DNA of 32,000 nt from Gemmata obscuriglobus (GCF_008065095.1 NZ_CP042911.1:1410001-1442000); one strand, 5' to 3'; positions 14,657-21,850 are shown, counted from the first letter of the stretch. Translations and numbers: made by a program. Notes: a model not told the origin generated them from the letters alone.

Positions 14657-15442
14657 ATGACGGACCCCGACGAGGCCGCGCTGCTGGCCGCCATCATCGC
14701 CGCGCCCGCCGACGACACCCCGCGCCTCGTGTACGCCGACTGGCTCCAGGAGCAGGCCGCCGACGCCACCTGCGGCGAGTGCGACGCCGGCCGCGTGTTC
14801 GGCCGCGACGTGCAGTCGCTCCGGCCCGCCGGGGCGTGGCACACCTGCCGCCGGTGCGGCGGGTCCGGCCGCCTCACCGACGGCCGCGCGGGCCGGGCCG
14901 AGTTCATTCGCGTGCAGTGCGAACTCGCGGCGCTGAACGACCGGCACCGCCGCGGCGACGCGACCCCCGCGGACGCCGAGCGGCTGGAGGCGCTCCGGCG
15001 GCGCGAGGGGCAACTGACCATGACCGTCTACCCGCGCGAGATCTGGCCCACCTTCGACTGGCTCCGCGGGCTCGGCATCAACCCCTACAACTGTGTGCTC
15101 GATTCCCGCGGCGGCTGGATCGCGGCGGTCACCTGCGACGCCGCGACCTGGATCGCCCACGGGGACGCGATCCGCGCCCGGCACCCGGTCACCGCCGTGC
15201 GGCTGACGACGGTGCCGGAGGTCGGTTGGGTGCCGCCGGCGCACGGGCGCGACGGCTACTTCGCGTTCGCCCGCGACCCGGCCGCCCGGCGCATCACCTG
15301 GGCCGAGTACCGGGCCGGCTGCGCGGCGCACGCCCCGCCCGGCGAGCCGGACCCGAGCGCCTCCGAATACAACCCGGATGTGGGCGTCCTGCTGGCGTGC
15401 CGGTTCGGAGACGGTGTCGATTTCGAAGTCCCGTTGCACTGA
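14657..15442 (+). CDS. Canonical TIGR02996 repeat-companion domain protein with CxxC..CxxCxGxG zinc-ribbon-like segment (P6)
   Basis: MTDPDEAALLAAIIAAPADDTPRLVYADWLQEQ ... RAEFIRVQCELAAL is the full TIGR02996-type signature as I remember it. CGECDAG and CRRCGGSGRL motifs lie between. ATG is 4 nt after the P5 stop. Confidence 0.8.
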   Translation: MTDPDEAALLAAIIAAPADDTPRLVYADWLQEQAADATCGECDAGRVFGRDVQSLRPAGAWHTCRRCGGSGRLTDGRAGRAEFIRVQCELAALNDRHRRGDATPADAERLEALRRREGQLTMTVYPREIWPTFDWLRGLGINPYNCVLDSRGGWIAAVTCDAATWIAHGDAIRARHPVTAVRLTTVPEVGWVPPAHGRDGYFAFARDPAARRITWAEYRAGCAAHAPPGEPDPSASEYNPDVGVLLACRFGDGVDFEVPLH

Positions 15443-15481
15443 CACGCCCCTGATACATGAGTCCACCCGCGGTGTCGCTCT

Positions 15482-15550
15482 CTTGACGAGCCGCGACCGC
15501 CAGGGAGCGGTGCCACGTCTCCCGCTCCCTGGCGGTCGCGGCTCGTCAAG
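15482..15550. other. Perfect 29-bp-stem hairpin (11-nt loop) 40 nt downstream of P6. Possible terminator or recombination/processing site.
   Basis: CTTGACGAGCCGCGACCGCCAGGGAGCGG (15482-15510) is the exact reverse complement of 15522-15550. No U-tract follows on either strand. Confidence 0.6.
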
Positions 15551-15793
15551 AAAGCGGCGGTATTACCGGGTGCGTGTGTGAGGCGGCGTGTGCCGGGCGC
15601 GGGGCACCGTATGCGTGCGTAGTAGCAACAGAATGCCGCGCTCGCGAAGACCGCCGGAAAAATGTTTTGCGGCGAAGACTGCGGTGCGAATGACTTTCAG
15701 CTACAATTTTCGCGGCACCGTGGTTATCCCAACGCCCGGTGCGCCTCGCGATTCGTGAGGCAGGAGGAAACGCGTGGCTGGCGGAGGTGGCCG

Positions 15794-16153
15794 ATGAAAC
15801 AGATTACCGCCCGAACACCACTCCGAATTGTGTTTTACCGTGACAAGGCCGACCGCAGTGTCGTTGTTGCCCACTGTCTGGAGTTCGATCTGCTCGGCTT
15901 CGGTGACACCAAGCACGAAGCCATGAACATGTTGTGCGAGGCGATCGAACTTCAGGTCAGCAGCGCGGTCAAGGAACAATCGCCGAACGTCCTTTTCACG
16001 CCCGCACCGAGCGAATACTACGTCATGTTTGCGAAGGGCAAGGACGTGGCGATCGGCGAAATGGCGATCGAATTCGAGGCGCCGGACTACAAGATCGAAG
16101 GCGTGAGCGCCCGCGAGTACGAGGACGAGGACGCCGAGTGCGCGACGGCCTGA
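15794..16153 (+). CDS. hicB: HicB-like antitoxin (UPF0150 fold)
   Basis: ATG 15794 with GGAGG 6 nt upstream. VVVAHCLEFDLLGFGDTKHEAMNMLCEAIELQV matches the HicB N-domain pattern (..a.cpel.g..s.G.T.eEA..n..eAi.l). Directly upstream of a HicA-like ORF. GC is lower than the surroundings. Confidence 0.6.
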   Translation: MKQITARTPLRIVFYRDKADRSVVVAHCLEFDLLGFGDTKHEAMNMLCEAIELQVSSAVKEQSPNVLFTPAPSEYYVMFAKGKDVAIGEMAIEFEAPDYKIEGVSAREYEDEDAECATA

Positions 16154-16168
16154 TGCGAGGAGTCGCCC

Positions 16169-16417
16169 GTGGACCGTCCGCTCTCATTGCGTCAACTCAG
16201 ACGAGCCTTGTTCGCTTTTGGGGTGTTTGAGGATACCGGCCGGGGAAAGGGCTCTCATACGATGTTCTATAAGTACATCGATGGTCACAAGGTGAGCTTC
16301 CCGGTCCCGACGAGCCACGACACTCTTCCCACCGCTTACGCCCGGGCGGCTCGCCGAAAGTTCAAGCTGACCGCCGAAGACGGAGTTACTGACCAGCAGT
16401 TCTACGACAACACCTGA
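16169..16417 (+). CDS. hicA: HicA-like mRNA interferase toxin
   Basis: LRQLRRALFAFGVFEDTGRGKGSHTMFYK...VSFPVPTSHDTLPTAYARAARRKFKL follows the HicA/YcfA pattern (l...Gf...r.kGSH..f......tvP.H..l). GTG start with GAGGAG upstream. Confidence 0.75.
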   Translation: MDRPLSLRQLRRALFAFGVFEDTGRGKGSHTMFYKYIDGHKVSFPVPTSHDTLPTAYARAARRKFKLTAEDGVTDQQFYDNT

Positions 16418-16527
16418 GCCCCGCCGGTTAACCGAGTCTTACCAACCCCCAGCGGTACGCGCACCCGCCGATCAGGGGTGCGCCCAGCCTGGGGGCAATT
16501 CGTCTGCGCCGCGCCGGCCGCCGGGCG

Positions 16528-16587
16528 GACGCCCTGCTGGCGTGCCGGTTCGGGGGCGGTGTCACGTTCGAGGTTCCGTTAGGCTGA
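16528..16587 (+). pseudogene. Orphan 3'-end fragment of a P6-like TIGR02996 gene
   Basis: GACGCCCTGCTGGCGTGCCGGTTCGGGGGCGGTGTCACGTTCGAGGTTCCGTTAGGCTGA (DALLACRFGGGVTFEVPLG*) parallels the P6 end 15385-15442 (GVLLACRFGDGVDFEVPLH*). No upstream body is attached. Confidence 0.65.
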
Positions 16588-16714
16588 CGCCTCCGCACCG
16601 CGTGCGGCCGGCGCACCGGTTCGCGGCGGCGGTGTCGGGAGAATTCCGGGCAACATTCGTTAGCGCTCACCGATAACTTCTGGTAGCGCAAGACGCCCCC
16701 GACGGAGCCCAACC

Positions 16715-16945
16715 ATGTTCCTTTCACAAGCCGCCATCGACGCGGTGCTGGCCGTTGACCTGAGCTACGAACTGCTGTCCCGCCGCCCGGGCGAGAGCTG
16801 GCTGTCCGAGGGCCGGTTCCCCACCCGCGACGAGGCCCTCCGGGCCATGCCCGAGAGCCCGGGCGACTCGCGCTGGGTGGTGCTGCCGTCCCGCTCCCGC
16901 GCCACCGAGGGCGGGTCGCCGGCCGCTGAAACCAAGGCCGACTGA
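16715..16945 (+). CDS. Small hypothetical protein upstream of portal
   Basis: 76-aa ORF with consistent G/C third-position bias. No recognisable motif. Confidence 0.45.
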   Translation: MFLSQAAIDAVLAVDLSYELLSRRPGESWLSEGRFPTRDEALRAMPESPGDSRWVVLPSRSRATEGGSPAAETKAD

Positions 16946-17017
16946 CGCGCGCCGGTGATGCCGCATGCCGCGGCCGGGTTTCAGTAGTTTCAAGTTCATG
17001 CGGCGCGTCCTGGTTCG

Positions 17018-17150
17018 GAGTGTGGTCCGCTCACGCCGTGAGCGGTCGCTCCGCGCATATGACTGGCTCCGCGGGCGTGCCGGCCCGTTACCGCGCTCCA
17101 CGCCACCCGATGCCCCGGGCGACCGCTCACGGAGTGAGCGGACCACACTC
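17018..17150. repeat. 32-bp inverted repeat (1 mismatch) separated by 69 nt, each arm containing its own small hairpin. Lies immediately upstream of the portal gene.
   Basis: GAGTGTGGTCCGCTCACGCCGTGAGCGGTCGC (17018-17049) versus GCGACCGCTCACGGAGTGAGCGGACCACACTC (17119-17150). Inner palindrome CCGCTCAC-N3-GTGAGCGG. Confidence 0.8.
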
Positions 17151-17194
17151 ACAACACCCGCCGCCTCTCCCCGCGCCGGTGCCATCGGCCGGGC

Positions 17195-19993
17195 ATGTAC
17201 CCGGCGATCACCCTGACGGCCCTCGACGTTCCCGCCCCGCTCCCCGAGCCGGACGCGCACGCGCACCTCCGCACCGAGCTGGCCGCCAAGGTGCGGCGGC
17301 TCGAAGAAACCCTCCTGTCGCTCGACAACCTGCTGGCCCCGCAGGACTGGCTGGACGCCGGCGACGGGTTCCCCGGCCCCGGCTGCTGGCGGGTGAACCG
17401 CCCGGCCCAGCGGACCCAGGACCGCACCCGCGCGCCCCTCTCGTACCTGAACGAGGAGGAGTGGCGCCAGCACGTCGCCCTGGCCCGCGACCTGTGTACC
17501 CGCAACCACCTGGCGCTCGGGTTCCGCGACCACGTCTCCAACTTCATCGGCCCCGTTCAGATCAGCTTCGTGCCCCGCGCCCGCGGCGCCGCACGCGACA
17601 CCGCCCCGGGGCTGGTGTCGGCGTGTACCCGCGCGTGGGCCGAGTGGTGCGAGTTCGCCGAGTGGGGGCAGGGTGAAGAGGACCGCGAAGAGGAGTGCCG
17701 GCGCCGGCTCATCGTGGAGGGCGAAACCACCCTGCGGTTCTTCGTGGGCGACGAGGCGTCGGACGGGCTGCCGTACGCGCGCCACGTGGAGCCGGAACTG
17801 ATCCGCACCCCGCCCGGGGGCAGCACCGCGGACCGGTGCGGGTGGGGCGTGGTGACGGCCGAGGGGGACGACGAGCGCGAGGAGGGGCTGTGGGTGTGCG
17901 ACCCGGCGGACGTGTCGCGCGGGCGCGAGGTGCCGGCGTCCGAGTACGTGCGGGTGAAAGGGAACGTGGACCGCACGGTGAAGCGGGGCCTGTCGGACTT
18001 CCTGCCGGTGGGCGAGCAGTTGCGGAAGGTGCTGGGGCTGCTGGACAACATGGCCCACGTGGCCCGCGTCCAGGCGGCGATCGCGTGGTGGGAACAGTAC
18101 CCGGCGGCGACGGCCGAGCAGGTGGCGGCGCAGGTGCGGCTGGGGGCGGACTACCACCGGCCCAAGGGGGCTCCGGGTTCGGCCGGGGCGGGCACGGAGG
18201 TGACCGGGTACGAGGCCGGGACGGTGGTGCGGACGGAGGGCGGGCGGGAGGTGAAGCCGGGGCCGGTGTCGAGCGGGACGGCCGGGTTCGAGGCGGTGGA
18301 GCGGATGGTGCTGCGCGGGGTCGGGTTCCGGTGGGGGTGCCCGAGCTACTTCAGCGGCGACGGTGACGCCAGCTTCGCAAGCGTGCTGGTGACGGGGTCG
18401 CCGTTCGTGCGTCTGACGCAGGCGCGCCAGGAGCGGGTGAAGGCGTTCGCGTGCCGTGTGGCGTCGCGGGTGGTGGAGTTCTGTGAGCGTTCGGGCCGGC
18501 TCCCGCGTGGGGTGTCGAAGTGGGTGCGGGCGGTGGGCACGTGCGGGCCGGTAGTGATCGCGGACGAGGAGAAGAAGGCGCGGACGTTCCTGGCCTTGTA
18601 CCAGCAGAACTGCGCGGACCCGCTGGAGTTCGTGCGCTCGACGGGCGCGGACCCGGAGCAGGTGGCGGCGAACATCCGGGCGTGGAAGGCGCGGTTCGAG
18701 CCCCCGGGGCCGGGCGGCGGCGGGGGCGCCGGGGGGACGCCGGGCGGCGGCCCGAGCCCGTCGCCGCCGGGCAGCGCCGGCGGGGACGGGAGCAGCCCGA
18801 ACGCGCCGGTGGGGGAGGGGCGCAAGCCGTGCGCGTGCCACGGGCTCGCGCGGGAGAGCACGGGCGGCACAGACGCGCCAGCGAACGGGGAAACAAAAGA
18901 CTCGCTCGGTCGGCGGATTTGCTATTCGGATGGAGAGCGCGTTGCATGCTCTGGCGATGATGCTGCGGATGGGGAACCGGAAGCCGGCGCGAAGGACGGT
19001 TTCGACGCGGCGGCGGTGGGGAAGCAGTTGGTGGATGAGAAGCTGGTGCCCGATGAGAACGAGCTGAACGAGATCCGCGCGAACGGCATCCCGAAGGGCG
19101 GGAAGCACGAGGACAAGGTTGAGAAGAGGTGGGAGCAGGTTATTGCCCGGGTGCTGGGGTCGGGGTGGGTGGTCAGCACGTCGTCGAACGCTGCGGCCGA
19201 CGTGACCGGTAGTCTAGAGATCGACGGTAAGCCGTGTCGCGTTGTGCTCGACGGGAAGTTCAGCGTCGCCGTCGGGGCGGCGTACGATCAACTCCCGGAC
19301 GCGGTGCAGAACAAGTTAAAGGACTCGGCCCAGCACGGCGAGAACACGGTCGTCGCCTACGTCGTGGCGTACCACACGCCGGCAACGGGCAACGGCGGTG
19401 TAGCGGAAGACGGGGTATACTTGCGCATCGGCGCGATGCCGCAGGTGATTAACGTGTCCGACAGCGTGGTGAAGCGGGCGCGGGAGTTCGGCCCGTTTCG
19501 GATTCTGAACAAGGACCAGTACGCGGCCTTACGCGAAGGCAAGCCGGAAGCCGTGCAGGCGCTGCGCGACAACCTGACTCAGCGGCTCACGGCGATCGAT
19601 CTCAAGCGGTACAAGGCCCAAGAGCAACTTGACGACGTGGCGCAAACGGGTAAGGCCGCGGATAAGCTGAGTGAGATGGTTGAGGCGTCGCAAAAGCACG
19701 CCGTGGATCCGAAGGCCGTCGGGAAGCAAACGGCCGCCGCGCTGAGCGGGGCCAACGCGGCGGTCCGGAATGCCCACGTGGCGGCGGTGGTGGCGGGTGC
19801 CCCGGCGGCCGAGCAGGCGGGCGCGGCGGCGGCGGTGCTGAGCGGGCTGACGGACGAGGGGCAGAAGGCGGCCGTGCTGACGGGCGGGTTGGCCGGGCTG
19901 AACCCGGGGAGCCTGAGCGCCGAGCAACTGGCCGTGTTGGAGCGGCTGCTCGCCGCCGCCCGGGGCACCGCTCCGCCGAACCCGCCGGGCTGA
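17195..19993 (+). CDS. Phage portal protein (about the first 500 aa) fused through a Gly/Pro linker to a ~400-aa C-terminal extension
   Basis: Portal-like blocks ARDLCTRNHLALGFRDHVSNFIGPV, NVDRTVKRGLSDFLPV, AHVARVQAAIAWW, GFRWGCPSYFSGD. Linker PPGPGGGGGAGGTPGGGPSPSPPGSAGGDG (~18700-18800). The extension has visibly lower GC at 18890-19700. Confidence 0.7.
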   Translation: MYPAITLTALDVPAPLPEPDAHAHLRTELAAKVRRLEETLLSLDNLLAPQDWLDAGDGFPGPGCWRVNRPAQRTQDRTRAPLSYLNEEEWRQHVALARDLCTRNHLALGFRDHVSNFIGPVQISFVPRARGAARDTAPGLVSACTRAWAEWCEFAEWGQGEEDREEECRRRLIVEGETTLRFFVGDEASDGLPYARHVEPELIRTPPGGSTADRCGWGVVTAEGDDEREEGLWVCDPADVSRGREVPASEYVRVKGNVDRTVKRGLSDFLPVGEQLRKVLGLLDNMAHVARVQAAIAWWEQYPAATAEQVAAQVRLGADYHRPKGAPGSAGAGTEVTGYEAGTVVRTEGGREVKPGPVSSGTAGFEAVERMVLRGVGFRWGCPSYFSGDGDASFASVLVTGSPFVRLTQARQERVKAFACRVASRVVEFCERSGRLPRGVSKWVRAVGTCGPVVIADEEKKARTFLALYQQNCADPLEFVRSTGADPEQVAANIRAWKARFEPPGPGGGGGAGGTPGGGPSPSPPGSAGGDGSSPNAPVGEGRKPCACHGLARESTGGTDAPANGETKDSLGRRICYSDGERVACSGDDAADGEPEAGAKDGFDAAAVGKQLVDEKLVPDENELNEIRANGIPKGGKHEDKVEKRWEQVIARVLGSGWVVSTSSNAAADVTGSLEIDGKPCRVVLDGKFSVAVGAAYDQLPDAVQNKLKDSAQHGENTVVAYVVAYHTPATGNGGVAEDGVYLRIGAMPQVINVSDSVVKRAREFGPFRILNKDQYAALREGKPEAVQALRDNLTQRLTAIDLKRYKAQEQLDDVAQTGKAADKLSEMVEASQKHAVDPKAVGKQTAAALSGANAAVRNAHVAAVVAGAPAAEQAGAAAAVLSGLTDEGQKAAVLTGGLAGLNPGSLSAEQLAVLERLLAAARGTAPPNPPG

Positions 19994-19995
19994 AC
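19772..19995. repeat. Direct repeat copy 1 (224 bp, apparently 100% identical to 20175-20398)
   Basis: Encodes AHVAAVVAGAPAAEQAGAAAAVLSGLTDEGQKAAVLTGGLAGLNPGSLSAEQLAVLERLLAAARGTAPPNPPG* at the portal ORF end. The antisense-frame translations in the track are also identical between the copies. Confidence 0.9.
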
Positions 19996-20018
19996 ATACA
20001 CGAACGAAGGGGCCAGCA

Positions 20019-20396
20019 ATGGATGCGAAGGAGCAAGCGCTCACGAATCTGACGGCGGCGGCGGCTGAGGCACGAATGGAGGCCCAGGCGCACCTGGCGG
20101 CGGGGGCGCACCCGGATGCCGTCGGGATCGGTCTGGCCCGCGCGCTGGCTGGCGCGTCACCAGCCGTGATGACGGCCCACGTGGCGGCGGTGGTGGCGGG
20201 TGCCCCGGCGGCCGAGCAGGCGGGCGCGGCGGCGGCGGTGCTGAGCGGGCTGACGGACGAGGGGCAGAAGGCGGCCGTGCTGACGGGCGGGTTGGCCGGG
20301 CTGAACCCGGGGAGCCTGAGCGCCGAGCAACTGGCCGTGTTGGAGCGGCTGCTCGCCGCCGCCCGGGGCACCGCTCCGCCGAACCCGCCGGGCTGA
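20019..20396 (+). CDS. Hypothetical protein whose C-terminal 74 aa duplicate the portal ORF C-terminus
   Basis: ATG 20019 with GAAGGGG upstream. The unique 52-aa Ala-rich N-terminus is followed by the repeated segment. Confidence 0.55.
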   Translation: MDAKEQALTNLTAAAAEARMEAQAHLAAGAHPDAVGIGLARALAGASPAVMTAHVAAVVAGAPAAEQAGAAAAVLSGLTDEGQKAAVLTGGLAGLNPGSLSAEQLAVLERLLAAARGTAPPNPPG

Positions 20397-20398
20397 AC
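20175..20398. repeat. Direct repeat copy 2 (see 19772-19995)
   Basis: Offset is exactly 403 nt. Both copies include the stop codon plus 2 nt. Confidence 0.9.
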
Positions 20399-20419
20399 TC
20401 CACATACAAGACGTATCCC

Positions 20420-20456
20420 CCGCGCCCCGGTTCCGTGCAGGGGCGCGGTCGTTTGT
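20420..20456 (+). terminator. Terminator-like hairpin (CCGCGCCCC / GGGGCGCGG, 11-nt loop) followed by TCGTTTGT
   Basis: Lies 24 nt after the 20396 stop. The T-tract is short and interrupted. The 3' part belongs to a 27-nt motif repeated at 21456-21482. Confidence 0.4.
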
Positions 20457-20526
20457 GGCAACGTTACAGAAGGCGCGCAAGGGCTGAGCCGCACGCACGA
20501 CCCCGGGGCGTTCATGCGCTCGCGGG

Positions 20527-20690
20527 GCGACCCACCCCCGACCCCTCCCTGAAGGGAGGGGAGCAAAGCCGCTCGCGCGCCGATCCCGCCTCGGGCACGC
20601 CGTGGTTCTTACTCCCCTCCCTTCAGGGAGGGGTTGGGGGTAGGTTGCCTTCCTCCCCTCCCTGCACGACAAGGGGCCGGGGGTGGGTTG
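20527..20690. repeat. REP/BIME-like array C (three units, mixed orientation, one degenerate)
   Basis: CGACCCACCCCCGACCCCTCCCTGAAGGGAGGGG; CCCCTCCCTTCAGGGAGGGGTTGGGGGTAGGTTG; degenerate CCCTCCCTGCACGACAAGGGGCCGGGGGTGGGTTG. Confidence 0.8.
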
Positions 20691-20813
20691 TGCCGCGCGC
20701 ACGTACCGGCCGGCGCTCGGAATGCGCTTTCCGACGGTCGTTCGCCCGGTTACGGTATCGCTAACCCGGTGCGACCCGCGCGCCGAACCCGCCCGTGAGC
20801 ACCCGCACCGCCC

Positions 20814-21413
20814 ATGCTCGATCTCGCCGCCGTCGCCGGAATCGGTTCCCTCTCCAAAGCGCTCGCGGATTTCATCAAGCTCCGCCGGGACCGCAAGAGC
20901 GGCGAGGAAACCAAGACCCTCCGCGATTACATCGAAGCCTGCCGGCGCCGCGACCACGCCGAAGCCCTCGGGCGCTTCGATGTGGTCGGCGAGCAACTCA
21001 CCGGCCTCGAACGGCTGATCGAGACCCTGGGCCACGTCACTGACGATCAAGCCGCGGTCGTCCTCAACGCGATCGAGGACGGCAACTTCGCGCTCCTGTC
21101 GCAGCTCCGCACCGCGGACGCCGCGCTCCACGCCCGGCTCGACCAGATCATTCACCGGCTCGGGGTCGCGCCGCGCCAGTTGTTCCGCGACGACTGCCCC
21201 TCGCGACACGACGCCGCGATCCAGGCGTTCGAGGCGAAGTACCTGGACCGGGTGCGTGACGACTTCGGCCGGCTGGAGATGCTCGGCGTGCCCCGCGCCC
21301 AGGACATCCGCCAGAAGCTCGACATCGCATACGTGAGTCTGGAGCTGAGCGCGCTGGCGGCGGACGGCGCCGGCGGCGGGCGCGCCGACAGGGGCGCCGC
21401 TGAGCCGAACTAG
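20814..21413 (+). CDS. N-terminal fragment of a STAND (NACHT-type) NTPase. The ORF ends just before where the P-loop would be expected.
   Basis: AFEAKYLDRVRDDFGRLEMLGVPRAQDIRQKLDIAYVSLELS is the typical pre-NACHT segment (YL..l...f..l.l.G......l.l..vYV.L). It is followed by a Gly/Ala tail and a stop, with no Walker A. Good coding bias. Confidence 0.55.
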   Translation: MLDLAAVAGIGSLSKALADFIKLRRDRKSGEETKTLRDYIEACRRRDHAEALGRFDVVGEQLTGLERLIETLGHVTDDQAAVVLNAIEDGNFALLSQLRTADAALHARLDQIIHRLGVAPRQLFRDDCPSRHDAAIQAFEAKYLDRVRDDFGRLEMLGVPRAQDIRQKLDIAYVSLELSALAADGAGGGRADRGAAEPN

Positions 21414-21571
21414 CCGAGCTGAACGTCGCGCATAAGAGACGTGCCCACGCCCCTCGGGGTGCGGTCGTTTGCAGCAACGTTAAGGCTCCAGGCGTGGCAC
21501 GGGTTGTTTCAGTCTGGTGGCCTCAACGGCCACGACGTGGTGGCCGGGTGGAAGCGAACCGGGGACGAGCG

Positions 21572-21850
21572 ATGCGCGGGAACAGCGTGGCAAAATTGTG
21601 GAGCGAGATGAGCGACGAGGAGCGGGTCGCGTGGTACGAACGGTTCGGGGAGTCGTCCACACCCGAAGAGGTAGCCGCTCTGGCTCGTGGTATCCTCCAG
21701 AACCCTGAGACGCTGGCTGAGGCCCGTCGGTTGCTGGCGGAGTACGACGCTACGCAGGGTGCTTCGAACCCGGAGACCGAAGCACCGAAACCGGTTGAGG
21801 TGCCCGGTCCGCCACCGCCCGCGAAGACGAAGAAAAGGCGCAAGAGGTAA
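21572..21850 (+). CDS. Small hypothetical protein with a basic C-terminal tail (KTKKRRKR)
   Basis: ATG 21572 within track ORF 21494..21850. First gene of the lower-GC island. No recognisable motif. Confidence 0.45.
   Translation: MRGNSVAKLWSEMSDEERVAWYERFGESSTPEEVAALARGILQNPETLAEARRLLAEYDATQGASNPETEAPKPVEVPGPPPPAKTKKRRKR

Noticed and set aside
6378-15442. Diversity-generating retroelement as the source of core variability
   Set aside because: There is no reverse transcriptase ORF and no template/variable repeat pair with adenine-specific differences. The variation is in length and low-complexity repeats, not point substitutions.
16428-16727. 99-aa minus-strand ORF
   Set aside because: It overlaps the orphan gene-end remnant and intergenic sequence, has poor coding bias and no motif.
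16724-19108. 794-aa minus-strand ORF
   Set aside because: Antisense to the portal gene. The composition (R/P/A/H-rich, no motifs) indicates a GC artefact.
20157-21209. 350-aa minus-strand ORF
   Set aside because: It spans the direct repeat, array C and the antisense of the STAND fragment. Its content is repeat-derived low complexity.
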